A stretch of DNA of 64,000 nucleotides from Octopus sinensis (taxonomy: Eukaryota). The notes under the pieces were generated by a model that was not told where the DNA came from, did no database searches, and worked only from the letters and a program-made list of their open reading frames with translations. The position numbers were made by a program, and so were the translations under genes. The DNA lies in assembly GCF_006345805.1 (NCBI RefSeq), contig NC_042997.1:40672001-40736000 (forward strand). Direction: 5' to 3'. Of this stretch, positions 27,400-40,748 are shown one piece after another (position 1 is the stretch's first letter; every line of letters begins with the position of its first letter).

Positions 27400-27982
27400 A
27401 AGTGGCAAGCTGGTATAAGCGTTAGCACGCCGGGCGAAATGCTTAGTGGTATTTCGCCTGCCGCCACGTTCTGAGTTCAAATTCTGCCGAGGTCGACTTT
27501 GCCTTTCATCCTTTCGGGGTCGATTAAATAAGTACCAGTTACGCACTGGGGTTGATAATATCGACTTAATCCGTTTGTCGGTCCTTGTTTGTCCCTTCTG
27601 TGTTTAGCCCCTTGCAGGTAGTAAAGAAATAGGTATTTCGTCTGTCTTTACGGTCTGAGTTGAAATTCTGCCGAGCTCGATTTTGCCTTTCATCTTTTCG
27701 AGGTCGATTAAATAAGTACCAGTTACGCACTGGGGTCGATATAATTGACTTAATCCGTTTGTCTGTCCTTGTTTGTTCCCTCTGTGTTTAGCCCCTTGTG
27801 GGTAGTAAAAAAATAGGTATTTCGTCTGTCTTTACGTTCTGAGTTCAAATTCCGCCGAGATCGACTTTGCCTTTCATCCTTTCGGGCTTGATAAATCAAG
27901 TAGCTGTTGGGCACTGGGGTCGGTCTAATCGACTGGGCCCCTCCCCAAAAATTTCAGGCCTTGTGCCGAGAATAGAAAAGAA
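27400..27982 (+). mobile_element. Head-to-tail SINE family C trimer (tail-1, tail-1, tail-2)
   Basis: Junctions AAAGAAATA|GGTATTTCG at 27631/27632 and AAAAAAATA|GGTATTTCG at 27815/27816. Confidence 0.85.
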
Positions 27983-28604
27983 AATTTTAATTCCTGATTC
28001 TCTTTTAGTCTCACGAAACCAATCACTATCGAAACTTCGAAGTTGTTGGGAACATAGTTTCGTGTTTGTGTGTGTGGCGGGGGGGGGGGTTAATTGACAC
28101 AGGTATAAAATACTTACAATTAGGTATCTGAGTTTCTCGACAGTGATTTGTTCAATACTCGCAACCATTTTGTCAACTGTTGCAAGTTTAATGAGTTTGT
28201 TTATATATGTATATATCTGTTTGTTTTATATATGTGTATTCATAAATATATGTCTGTGTACATGTACTTATGTGTGTGTATGTATATGGGCAATAAAAAA
28301 GAGCGTATAAAGTTATCTTATATACAATAGAAAATAAACTTTTGAGTTTATGTACTTATCTTCCTTTTGAGAAGTGAGAGAACAAATATGTAACAATTGT
28401 TATCAACTCCGAATGAGAAAGAGATTTAAATATTCTCCGCAAGTGACATGCCATTTAGGAAAAAACACAGTCTGGCTACGTGTTTTTGCCTCCATAGGCG
28501 TCCTCAGCACAGCAGCTATTCTACAATGACACCAGCAGGCGTTAAACTTAGACATATTTGAAAAGGATACAAAACATTTATGACATGTATTAGGATCTGA
28601 TTCT

Positions 28605-29021
28605 CTTTACTCTCTTTTACTCTTTTACTTGTTTCAGTCAGTTGACTGCGGCCATGCTGGAGCACCGCCTTTAGTCGAGCAACTCGACCCCGGGACTTAT
28701 TCTTTGTAAGCCCAGTACTTATTCTATCGGTCTCTTTTGCCGAACCGCTAAGTGACGGGGACATAAACACTCCAGCATCGGTTGTCAAGCAATGCTTGGG
28801 GGACAAACACAGACACATATACACGCACACACACGCATATATATATATACATATATACGGCGGGCTTCTTTCAGTTTCCGTCTACCAAATCCACTCACAA
28901 GGCTTTGGTCGGCCCGAGGCTATAGTAGAAGACACTTGCCCAAGGTGCCACGCAGTAGGCCTGAACCCGGAACCATGTGGTTGGTAAGCAAGCTACTTAC
29001 CACACAGCCACTCCTGCGCCT
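28605..29021 (-). mobile_element. SINE family AB copy
   Basis: Reverse complement of 4552-4953. Confidence 0.85.
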
Positions 29022-29814
29022 ATGGTAGACCGCCTGATTGGTAGACCGCCTGATTGGTAGACCGCCTGATAGAATATTTTGTAGTATTGGCTTCGATGCT
29101 TTACATTCTGAATTTAGATTCTATACAGTACAGCTTTGCCTTTCATCTTTCTGATGTTGATAAAATAAGGTGCAGTCAAAAACTGAGGTTGATCTAATCA
29201 TCTATTCTCATCTCAGAACTGGTAAGTTTGCGTTTAGTTTACAAGTGTATTTTTTTTATCTATTATTATTTGGGATGTTTTTCAAAATATAACACATCTG
29301 ATGTAAAGTATTCGATAGCTACCGTGTAAAAAATGTCTCAAAATAGAACTTCGAAGGAAGAATATTACCATAGTAACAACGGTTGATGGAAATACGGCAT
29401 TAATGTTCGTAGGTAAATATATTTGGAATTATGTAACCAATAATGGCAAGCAAAAATTGAAAGGAAAGCAAACCAAAAACCATTTACAATAAATATCGAA
29501 TACCAATTTTTATATTACGCAAATACATTAGAACAAAACGTTAACTCCCAGAGAACCAACTCTGCTGTGCAGTTGCGTTAGCTAGTTTTAAGTTAATTCA
29601 ATTCTGCCATTAATTCTGTTCATAAAGGCTTGGTTTATTCCAGCATAAACCTCTTAGTCAAAAGTAAGCAGCCTTGGGTTTGATTCAAACAATTACATTC
29701 ATGCCTTTTATAATTTTTAGGAAGTAGTAGTAAGATTGAGCTTGTAAATGATTATTCGTCGACATGTATATAAACCGCCCTAACTCAAACTGTAGTGTCA
29801 CCCATCCTAGGAAA

Positions 29815-29865
<51 letters not shown>

Positions 29866-29940
29866 TTGAGTTGTGGGGTATCGCACGAGTGGGATTATAT
29901 AAGAAAAAGGTTTGAAAATGCATTTAAACGATGTTTATTT

Positions 29941-29981
29941 ACTTAACCGGTTTCACTCTTTGGTAAAAGATTGTCAAAAGT
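29941..29981 (-). ncRNA. Minimal type-I hammerhead-like motif, U3-A8 variant
   Basis: ACTT-TTGACAA-[TCTTT/AAAGA stem, 2 unpaired nt]-GAAA-CCGGT-T-AAGT; palindromic helix III (ACCGGT); base of stem II imperfect. Confidence 0.5.
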
Positions 29982-30561
29982 TACATTTAAGGAAACATTG
30001 AATAATATGGGTTCAAAAAAAGTTTTTACATAATTGTCACATTGAATATTATGCATTCAAAAAAGTTTTTACATAATTGTCACATTGGATTATGAATTCA
30101 AAAATGTTTTTTTATACATAATTGTCACATTACATGTATAAATATAGTGTTTGGTAACAGAGAAGTTCAATAGTGTGATGAGAATATTGGGAAAATTGGC
30201 AGAAAAGGATAAAACAAAATAATTATTGGGAATTGGTTGCGTTAATTATTGGTTGTCGCAAATTGTCACATACATGTATATATATACAATCTTCGGTATA
30301 TATATATAGCCTTTTGACAGCAAAAAAAAAAAATGGATTTTTTATACATCTCAGAATATTTTAAGTACAAGGCGAGAATATGTTTTTACTGACCTGTTGG
30401 TATTAGCAGAAAGGCTGAACTGAGAGAACAGAGGAAGTAGCCAATGTGGTGTATACTTCCCCTTTATGCATGAATGATTTTGGGGTTATCAGGAGGTTAG
30501 TATGCGGGTGTGAATAGATGTGTCCGTGCCCGCTGGTCAGATAGCGTCTGTTTGTCACACA

Positions 30562-30595
<34 letters not shown>

Positions 30596-30631
30596 ACAAC
30601 ACACACACACACACACACATAGTAAACAAAC

Positions 30632-31834
30632 ACTGCAATGGGTACTGCAATGGGTACGAAAGTTGCACCTACCTATGCAAACCTGGTGATGGCCTACCTG
30701 GAATCACATATCTATGAAAAATCCAAATATAAGTACGGCCAGTCTTTCCACAAATACCTGTTGGAGAACTGGAAACGCTACTTAGATGATTGCCTCATCC
30801 TATGGTCCCACACACTCGACCAACTTATAGACTTCAAAAACCTTATCAACAGTGTGTAATAACAACATTCAATTCACAATGGAATATAGTCAGGACCAAC
30901 TCCCTTTCTTGACATCCTAATCATTAAAAAAGGCGTCAACATTGAAACTGACATCCATTACAAACCCACTGACTCTAAACAATACCTTCTATTCACCTCC
31001 AATCACCCAAAAACACACAAAGACAAATATCCCCTTCAACTAGCGAGAAGAATCTGCACCATTGTCTCAAATGACACAACACGAAATAGAAGACTCCGGG
31101 AACTAAGGCAATTCTTCTCGAAAGACATTACCCGGCATCACTAGTAGACAACGGATAGAACGGGCCAAATCAATCAACATTCAAGACCTTCGAAAACCCA
31201 ACACATCCACAGTACAGTCAATAGCCTCCCTTATCTCTCAACACACAACCCAAGGAATGCAGAAGCTTACACTATTATATACAACAACATCATCCACAAC
31301 TAAATCAAGACCCACGCCTGAAAAAAATACTGGCAGCTCATAAAATAATAAAAAGTAAGAGACAACCTAAATCCCTAAAAAAACCTCCTCACCAACGCAA
31401 AATTACACAACACAAACCCACCGCCCACCATCAAAAAATGTGGTCGCCCCAACTGCAAGACCTGCATCCACCTCATTGAGGGATCATCGTACAAGTTCCA
31501 CTCGGGACACACATTCATCATAAAAAATAATTTCACGTGCGCATCAAAAAATTTACTCTACGTCATAAGGTGTGAAGGATGCCACGAAGATTACATAGGG
31601 CAAACGAGCCTTACCCTCAGAGACAGAATGACAGTTCACCGACAACAACTGAGGGACCCCTCCACAAGACAGATACCACTAAGTGGACACTTAGACCTTT
31701 GTGCACACAATAAGTCCCCCAAATTCTTAGTCTTCCCACTATACCAATGCTCGGACAACACCACAGACCAAACACGAATAAATAAGGAAAGTAATCTTAT
31801 TCAAAAATACAGACCACAACTAAACATACTCTAA
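30632..31834 (+). pseudogene. Penelope-like ORF remnant: RT C-terminal half, Cys-rich linker and GIY-YIG endonuclease, with frameshifts
   Basis: GTAMGTKVAPTYANLVM, RYLDD (YLDD at 30779-30790), LPFLDI, YKPTDSKQYL, KCGRPNCKTC (Neptune-type linker), LLYVIRCEGCHEDYIGQT. Confidence 0.9.
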
Positions 31835-31869
31835 CATACCCCCTGGAAACACATCCAGAGCAAGCACAC

Positions 31870-32512
31870 AGGGACGCGCGCGCGCTCACAGCATATCGTG
31901 CGGGCGGGCACATGCGCGCATCGGCACGCATAGGACACACTAGCGGGCATTGACCGCACACATACGTGGCATGCACACGCATGCATTATATATATGTAGG
32001 TGATGTATGTGTGTGAGTGTTGTGTGGTGTGTGTGTGTGTGTGGTGTGTGTGTGTGTGCACGTTGTGTGTGTGTATGCGCGGGTGTATATATATATATGT
32101 GTGTGTGTGTGCACTGTGTGCGTGTGGTGTATGTGTGTGCGTGCGCGCGCGTTGTGTGTATGTGTTGTGTGCACGTGTGTATATATGTGTGTGTGTGTGC
32201 ACTGTGTACGGGTGTGTGGTGTATGTGGTGTGTGTGAGCATTGTGTACGTATGTATGTATTTACATGTGTATTTGTTTTTAAATATATATATATATATAT
32301 ATCTATGTGGGGTGTGTTGTGTGTGTATATGCATGGTATGTGTGTATATGTTAGTACTTTGTTTGTGTGTGTGTGCGGCATGTAGAGATATATTTGAGTA
32401 TGTACGCTATAGGTTTGTAATTTGTGTGTGGGGGGGTGAATTTTTTATATATATATATATGTATGTGTATGTGTGTGAAAAAATATATGTATGTGCATGT
32501 GTATGTATGTAT

Positions 32513-32560
<48 letters not shown>

Positions 32561-33370
32561 ATATATATGTGTGTGTGTGTGTTGTGTGGTGGTATGTGTG
32601 TGTGTATATTTATTTGCTTGTTTATGTGTGTAAACATGTACATTATTTGCATGCGCATTGTGTATATGTATATTGTATGTATGTGTATTGTATATGTATG
32701 TGTACAATTAAGTGTATATATGTGTGTGTATGTGTGCAGTGTATATATGTATATTGTAGGTGTGCTATATATGCATGAATACATGTATGTGCATTGCGTG
32801 TATATATATGTATACATTGTGTAGTAGTTATGTGTGGTGTGTGTGTGATATATATATTATATGTATGCGTACGTGTATGTGTATGCGTTGTATGTATGTG
32901 TATTGTGTGTATATGTGGTACATCTATGTATGTGTATGTAAACACTATTTATATGTATATGTGTATATATGTATATGCATTGTCTATATATATATATATA
33001 TGTATGTACTGCGTATGTATATTGCATGCATATATTGTGTATGTATATTACTTACATGCTGTATGTGTGTATTGTATGTGTATATATATGCTAGGTGTAT
33101 TTGTGTGATATTTATATTATGTATGTATGTGTGCGTGTGTTGTGTGTGTGTGTGTGTGTGTGTGTTGTGTGTGTATGTGTGTTATATTCTGTGTATGTTA
33201 TATATAGATACATATTATATTTGTGTGCTGTGTGTATATGTGATATATGTGGGTGCTGTGTGTGTGGGTGTGTGTGTGTTCTCTGTGTGTGTGTGTGTGT
33301 TGTTTGTATGTGGTGTGTGTTTGTTTACTATGGTGTGTGTTGGTGTGTTGTTGTTGTGTGTGTGTGTGTT
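31870..33370. repeat. Long degenerate (TG)/(TA)/(TATG) low-complexity tract inside the Penelope element
   Basis: Read directly; source of many spurious ORFs. Confidence 0.92.
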
Positions 33371-34048
33371 GTGGTGTGTGTATATGTGTGTGACAAACAG
33401 ACGCTATCTGACCAGCGGGCACGGACACATCTATTCACACCCGCATACTAACCTCCTGATAACCCCAAAATCATTCATGCATAAAGGGGAAGTATACACC
33501 ACATTGGCTACTTCCTCTGTTCTCTCAGTTCAGCCTTTCTGCTAATACCAACAGGTCAGTAAAAACATATTCTCGCCTTGTACTTAAAATATTCTGAGAT
33601 GATAAAAAATCCATTTTAATTTTTGCTGTCAAAAGGCTATATATATATACCGAAGATTGTATATATATACATGTAATGTGACAATTTGCGACAACCAATA
33701 ATTAACGCAACCAATTCCCAATAATATATTTGTTTTATCCTTTTCTGCCAAATTTTCCCAAATATTCTCATCACACTATGAACTTCTCTGTTACCAAACA
33801 TATATTTATACATGTAATGTGACAATTATGTATAAAAAAACATTTTTGAATTCATAATATCCAATGTGACAATTATGTAAAAACTTTTTTGAATGCATAA
33901 TATTCAATGTGACAATTATGTAAAAAACTTTTTTTGAACCCATATTATTCAATGTTCCTTAAATGTAACTTTGACAATCTTTTACCAAAGAGTGAAACCG
34001 GTTAAGTAAATAAACATCGTTTAAATTGCATTTTCAAACCTTTTTTCT

Positions 34049-34129
<81 letters not shown>

Positions 34130-34153
34130 GAGCTAGATAGATAGATAGAAGAG

Positions 34154-34221
<68 letters not shown>

Positions 34222-34380
34222 TATTATAGATATAAATATTTATTAATTTGATAATTAATAAATTTTACCAAGTAGTTTCGGTATGGAAAGAACCATTATC
34301 AGTAAAAACTTGTACAAAAAGCTTTTTTATATAATTATAAATACAATTTTTAGCATTTTCAAATTTATAATTCTTGAAAT

Positions 34381-34438
34381 ATTATGCCGATGAAGGAAAT
34401 GAATTTCTATAATTCTAATCCAGAAACGCGTCCATAAT
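34381..34438 (+). ncRNA. Minimal type-I hammerhead-like motif, C3-G8 with U4>C
   Basis: ATTATG-CCGATGA-A-GGA...TCC-A-GAAA-CGCGT-C-CATAAT; 6-bp stem I, palindromic ACGCGT, GUC site. Confidence 0.55.
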
Positions 34439-35177
34439 TAATCGTAGACTGCTTGATTTCATTATTTTTTCTTCTTTTTGCCTATGTGAGTTACAAATAT
34501 TGGTGTCTGTGGAGTCATATTTGTAGTTAAAAGAATTAGCTGTCTTTTGGCTGCTATTTCTAAATTTTCGATATGTGATGAAGCAACATGTTGCTAAACC
34601 CTTAACTATACAGATATATCTGTATAGTTTAAGGAGTTGGCTGCTTCAACTGAGCACCTACACCTCGTATTAGAGGTGCAGTATGATTATGTAGCTCAAA
34701 GAAAGTGCAGGGAATTGAAATCGCATTGCCATGTCGGCTTCCCATGAGCTTATATATCATGGGCGCTCGAATCAATATTCATGCAGATGCTTATCAGAGG
34801 AAAACATGTGGTCAATTTCCACCGTTTTTAAGGAAACCTTATGTCTAAACAGAAAGTAAAAACACTAACGAAAATGTATTGTTACAGTTATTATTATATT
34901 GTCCCACGCCGGCCCTGATCAATCAACCGTATTTATTATTCCAGCCATGATCATCGCTTCTTTATTTTTCCTACAAGTGGCAACCGATGTTCTAAAACGG
35001 TAAAATGCGATTTGATGGAATTTAGCTGCTATTTCTTGCAACCACGTAGAGGCTCACATACTAGGTCGCGTTGTGATTGCTACTAAGACGGTCCTCACAG
35101 ACCAGTCTTCAGAAAGAATCCATTCCCTCTCTTATCACCCCGACATTTATTCAGGTATGCTGGACTATTGTCTATAC

Positions 35178-35500
35178 CATAAGTTCTCAAAGTGGGCGCT
35201 GTCGCACCACCCCACCGCCAATGGGTGCTGGTGCCTAAGGGGGTGGTGCGGTTGGGGGCGGTAGAGAAAAAGGAGGGGTTGGAAGGAAGGCAGTAGATTG
35301 GGAGACGCTATGAATTTATTATAATATTATTATAGTATTGTATAGAAATTATATATCATATTAAATAATAAATGATTTATAGTATATATAAATTAGTAAA
35401 ATATAAAATATTCATTTATACCTAAAAAAAATAGGGGTAGGGCGCTGAGGGTATTATGTGACCATGAAGGTGTGGTGGCCAAAATGTTTGAGAACCTCTG
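35178..35500. mobile_element. hAT (Charlie-like) MITE
   Basis: TIRs CATAAGTTCTCAAA / TTTGAGAACCTCTG; flanks GTCTATAC / GTCCTATAC resemble an 8-bp TSD. Confidence 0.6.
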
Positions 35501-36129
35501 GTCCTATACTATCCCATGTATTGTGTGTTTTAAGGAAGATTCGACTGCAGGTCGAACGACCACGAAGAAATCCATTCAATGGCGCACAAAAAGAAAAGCT
35601 GCTATTCAATTCATTATTTACTCGATGATACACATGTATTTATATGTCCATGCTATATGTCACGTATTCACTTCCTTCAATGCTCATATTCACGTGTAAA
35701 TGAATACGTTTTTGCTTCAATATTTCATGTGGCTTCGCAGAATCTAGACTTTGTAATTTATGCCTATAATCTGAAAATATATTTATGGATTGGTTTCTGC
35801 ATGGCTAAGAATATATTCCCAGGGAAATTTACAGACCTACGCAAATGTATGTATGCATATATGTATGTATTTATGTGTATGCATGTATGCGTGTATGTAT
35901 GTATGTATGTATGTATGTATGCGTATGCATGTATGTTTGTATGTTTGTGTGTATATGTATGTATATGTGTATGTATATTTATGTGTGTATGTATGTGTGT
36001 ATATGTATGTCTATGTGTATGTATATGTATGTGTGTGTGTGTATGTATGTTTGTATATATGTATGCATATATGTATGTACGTACGCATGTTCTTTTTCTC
36101 TTTTTAATTTAGAGTAAATTTTGACTGGC

Positions 36130-36710
36130 CACCTACGTGGTAGAAGGTTGTGAAGGAAATATCATGTTTCGCTCATCATCCTTTAAATCATTGAATAAGT
36201 TGTTGCAGACTTTTATAGCTCCAGATATTGTGATCATATGTAATGTATGAATTACGGATTTGCGTTCTCGTCCCATAATCCCAAGCACAACCATACTGTG
36301 CTCCAAACGGTTTGGCAAGTATTCTGTTGCTCCAATAATAATAAGTACGAAACTGAACGTTTATCTCGGATACTGGGTTTTGTAAGCTCCATAGATGTCC
36401 TCTTTCTCTAGTGCTTTCCTAATCACATTCGCAGCGGATTTCTGCAACGGAACAATCTTTTTCTTGTGATTCCACAACAATATCCGGTTGGTTGTGTTTT
36501 AACTTGGTGGCTATTTTAATTTTTGAGTACCACCGATAGTTTTTTCCCCCATCGATCTCAATATAATCGTTTTCGGCTGTAGGTGCTTTCTTTTTTGGTA
36601 TCCTTTCCAGACAGTTCTAGCCTCTGCCTCATGCCCCACGGGAAGATGATATCAGGAAAACATTCTCTCGCGGTTGGCAATAATGTGGTCCATGTCTTCA
36701 GTTTTGGTAT
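36130..36710 (-). mobile_element. Degenerate R4/Dong-like RLE fragment
   Basis: Frame-broken KHNQPDIVV and ...ITISGAIKVC resemble the PD-(D/E)xK endonuclease end. Confidence 0.5.
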
Positions 36711-36894
36711 AGATATAAAGAAATATAAACGTGTATATTTTCATAAAGACGTATATACTTGTATAAAACCATTAACATAAATACGTATATTGATATATAC
36801 ATGTACATATATACGCATATATAAAGACTTATGTGTACAATATATGCAGACAAATACATACACACACACTCACATATATATGCGCCCACACAAA

Positions 36895-36940
<46 letters not shown>

Positions 36941-36951
<11 letters not shown>

Positions 36952-37363
36952 AAACAAGTCAAGATAGAAAATGCTAAAATTATTTTATAAAGAACATTTC
37001 AGTACCGGTTTCAGTCATTTGAGATCTTTTCAACTGTAACAATTAAATAATTAAATTTAGAAAAATTAAAAGAAAGGTTTTTTTAAAAGAATATTTGTAT
37101 AGTGTTCAAATATAAGTGGCATTTTCCTTCTTTCTGCCTTTCTCTGTCTCTCTTGTTTACACAAGGCAGAAACAAGGAAAATGTCACTTATATTTGAACA
37201 CTATACAAATATTCTTTTAAAAAAACTTTTCTTTTAAATTTTCTAAATTTAATTATTTAATTGTTACAGTTGAAAAGGTCTCAAATGACTGAAACAGGTA
37301 CTGAAATGTTCTTTATAAAATAATTTTAGCATTTTCTATCTTGACTTGTTTTTTCATATATAT
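36941..37363. repeat. Long palindrome (about 200-bp arms, 22-nt spacer): inverted Penelope-type terminus with a hammerhead-like motif in each arm (37000-37036 minus, 37267-37303 plus)
   Basis: Arms 36941-37140 and 37163-37363 are near-perfect reverse complements; flanked by (TA)n. Confidence 0.88.
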
Positions 37364-37393
37364 CAACTCGTGTGTTCCTTTTCATCCTTATAC

Positions 37394-37448
<55 letters not shown>

Positions 37449-37559
37449 AATCAAATTGCGATAGAATAAAAAAATAATTATAATCGCTGGTATTACTAAC
37501 ACAAGCCATATATTTTTCATATATCAGTACATTAAGGCGAAATATGTGCTAGGAATACA

Positions 37560-37639
<80 letters not shown>

Positions 37640-39067
37640 ACAAATATATGTATATATGTGTGTGTAAAGATCAGATGGAAAGAATTAAATTCTGATAATT
37701 GGTACGAAAGAGCCATAAGTGATCTTACCCCGTAGCAACCATAGTGAATGAAAGGGCAATCGTTAGATCCTCAGTAGAACAATTTTTGCAGTACTTACGG
37801 ACTTTACATTCTTAGACGGGAAATTGAAGAGTAAAAGGAGGGCAGGTGTTGAGAAGAATAGGGTAATGAAGAAAGTGTGGGCGCATGCGTGTGCTAGAAA
37901 GCTAAAATGTAGGTGGCAAGGAAGATGTGAAACAGTTGTCTAGCAAAACGAGAGAGGGGGAAAGAAGGAAAGAGTGTGAGCGATGTAACGTGTTTGACAG
38001 TGTATGTGTGATGGGGAAAATTCTTTGGAGTGATGAAATGGCAGGTGAGTGATGATGTGTGTGTGCGCTTGTGAGTTTGTAAAGTGTATGTGTGGAGAGT
38101 GGATAAGCGAGGGTATGCGTGTGTCAACATAACGGAATTGAGATATTCGAACAACTGAATAATCAACGTCAACACCGACGGAGAACCCACCAGTGCTATA
38201 CAATATAATATTGTTTTTGAACATCTGTCAAGTTTAGAGTTTTGTCAGAAGAAACAATAGATCTATTTTAATTTTCAAATTCAACTAATTAGCGAAACCA
38301 ACAAAGTGTTTGGACATTTCAGAAATTCAATATCCAGTGAAAACGATTTATTGTATTTTTTAAAAGTTTTATAAGTGAAACATTATGAAGAAATTATTAG
38401 ATGTTATTAAAACAAAAAATAATCGATCCTGTTCAGTCATTTCTTTTGTTGAAAAAATAATTTAATGTTCAGACAGAGAAGAATGAAGTGCATATATAAA
38501 AGCATATAAACTTATTCAGATACAAATGCGAATACATATTCATATTGATTAAATACATAAATATGAAGAATTAACTCAGCAATGCCATATTTGTGAATTG
38601 TAAAATTAACGCCATCATAACAAATCATACAATTTCTTCCATTAACGGGTGACGAGTTATAATCTAACGAAGCTATCTGGAAATTATGGTAAATTATTTC
38701 CATTACCAATATAATTTATGTACGAAAAAAAAATTTTTTAAACATGCAATTAAAAATAACACACTATTGATATGGTAAATTTAATACTTTGAATAGAATG
38801 TTTCTATTGTTTAAATCGATTTTAACTTGTTGCACATGTCTATTGTCATTTCATTAAGACAATAGTCATAATGAAAAATGTTTCAATTCTGTTTTCAACA
38901 TCTGAAATGAAAGTTGAACAGATGTTGAAAACAGAATACAAACAGTTCTACTGCTCTCGATATTAGACTAGCTTATGATTGTACGCATATGTGCACACAC
39001 ATATTTGGTTTGAGGATGTGTATATGATGTGTGGTCTTAAGTAGATAGATACTACGGATACATACAT

Positions 39068-39115
<48 letters not shown>

Positions 39116-39908
39116 CCAATAAATATACATGTATATGTAATTATTGATTTCAAATTTTTGCATAAGGCCAGCAACTTCGTGGGAAGTGGTAAGTCAGTTA
39201 CATCGATCCTAGTGATCAACCGGAACCGGTACATATTTTATCGACGCTGAAAGAATAGAAAGCAAAGTCGACTTTGGTGGAATTTGGACTTAGAACGTAA
39301 AGACGGACGAAATGCCGCTAAGCATTTCTCAAATATTCTCAAATATTCAAATATTCTCAAATATCGAGAATATAATTGCAACACGCACATCCTGGGTATA
39401 ACTTTAAATTGCAAATATTCTGTTTATAGCCGAACAAATATTCTGTTTATAGCGATTAAATGTTTGTGCTACACTTGACTCACTCTCTCCATCAAACCGA
39501 CGTTGCCTGAACAGGTGCGCGGTGCACCACACGTCAAGTGTCAAAGAAATCGCAGAGCAACGTGAGATGAAGTCACCCGGTCAAGGAACTGAAACTGCGA
39601 TCTCGCGATCGTAAGTACAACATCCTGACCACTAAGCCATGTAATACACAATTTAGGTAATTTAGGTATCCTTCTTTCTTTGAACCACCGAATCTTGATG
39701 GATTAGTTTGACTGCCGTCATGACAATCGATCTGTCTTTCTCATCTTAAATCTGGCGGAGCTATTCTTGTCCATGTCTGGTAAGTAGCCAACGTCTTCCC
39801 GGGAGTAGAGAGAGAATGAACGAGAGAGCAGAAAACGAAGTCGAAAGAAGAAGACACACACACACACCCATGCGCGCGCACACACACACAAACATAAACA
39901 AACACACA

Positions 39909-39939
<31 letters not shown>

Positions 39940-40346
39940 CAAGATACCAGACAGGTACATTTTTATCAAATCTCGAAGGATTGAAAAGCGAAGTTGACCT
40001 TAGCGAGCTCTGAGAACACAGCAAAACTTTCTATTCGTCGCTGTAACGACTTCGCCAATTCGCCGTTTTTAGTTAAGAGAAACGTAGCCGAAAGGCGAGT
40101 AAGTCCATCATACATACATACATACATACATACATACATACATACATACATACATACATACATACATACTCGCGCGTGCACACACTTTGTTTCAGTATAT
40201 GGGGTTTCCAATTTACGTCAGTCACCGTTTTTATAGCATAAAGTAACGGATCAATGATACGACAAAGAAAGAATCATCTTAAACGCTCCAGTTTTAGTAA
40301 ACATAATCATATTATTATTATTATTAATATTATTATTATTATTATT

Positions 40347-40690
40347 CAGTAGTTTTATTTTTATAGCGTGCTTTCACTTCACTACCGAGCGCAGCTCTGT
40401 GTGCCTTGGGTATGTGCTGTGATTTGTTGTGATGCTCTGATGGTTATTGTATGGAAATTGTTCTGAGTAGGATGTGTGCAGTGCCTAGTAGTGCAATTTT
40501 CTGTATGTTATATGTGTTTGTAAGTCCTGGTGTTTTTGTTATGTATTTGTCTGAATATTTTTTTATCATGCCTAATGCACCTACTATGATAGGAATTGTT
40601 TCTGTTTTCAGATTCCACATTCTAGTTACCTCTATTTCCAGGTCTTTGTATTTTGAGAGTTTCTCCATTTCTTTTAGAGACACGTTGTCA
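40347..40690 (-). mobile_element. 3' fragment of an R4/Dong-like non-LTR element inserted in (TAA)n
   Basis: EKLSKYKDLEIEVTRMW...IPIIVGALG...IQKIALLGTAHIL*; (ATT)n on both sides. Confidence 0.82.
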
Positions 40691-40692
40691 TA

Positions 40693-40746
<54 letters not shown>

Positions 40747-40748
<2 letters not shown>

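Larger units (their letters stand above)
29897..34053 (+). mobile_element. 5'-truncated Penelope-like retroelement with an inverted copy of its 3' pseudo-LTR (about 29897-30632 versus about 33313-34053)
   Basis: About 740-bp inverted repeats flank an RT/GIY-YIG remnant; (TA)n on both sides. Confidence 0.88.

Noticed and set aside
27400-27982. CRISPR-like or satellite array
   Set aside because: Units of about 185-230 bp are SINE copies with no repeat-spacer structure; the context is eukaryotic.
31831-33545. Long Cys/Val/Tyr/His/Thr-rich ORFs (up to 274 aa) here and at 14962, 35579, 41684, 59373 and 62198
   Set aside because: Translations of (TG)/(TA)/(CA) microsatellites; open on several frames and strands only because the repeats lack stop codons.
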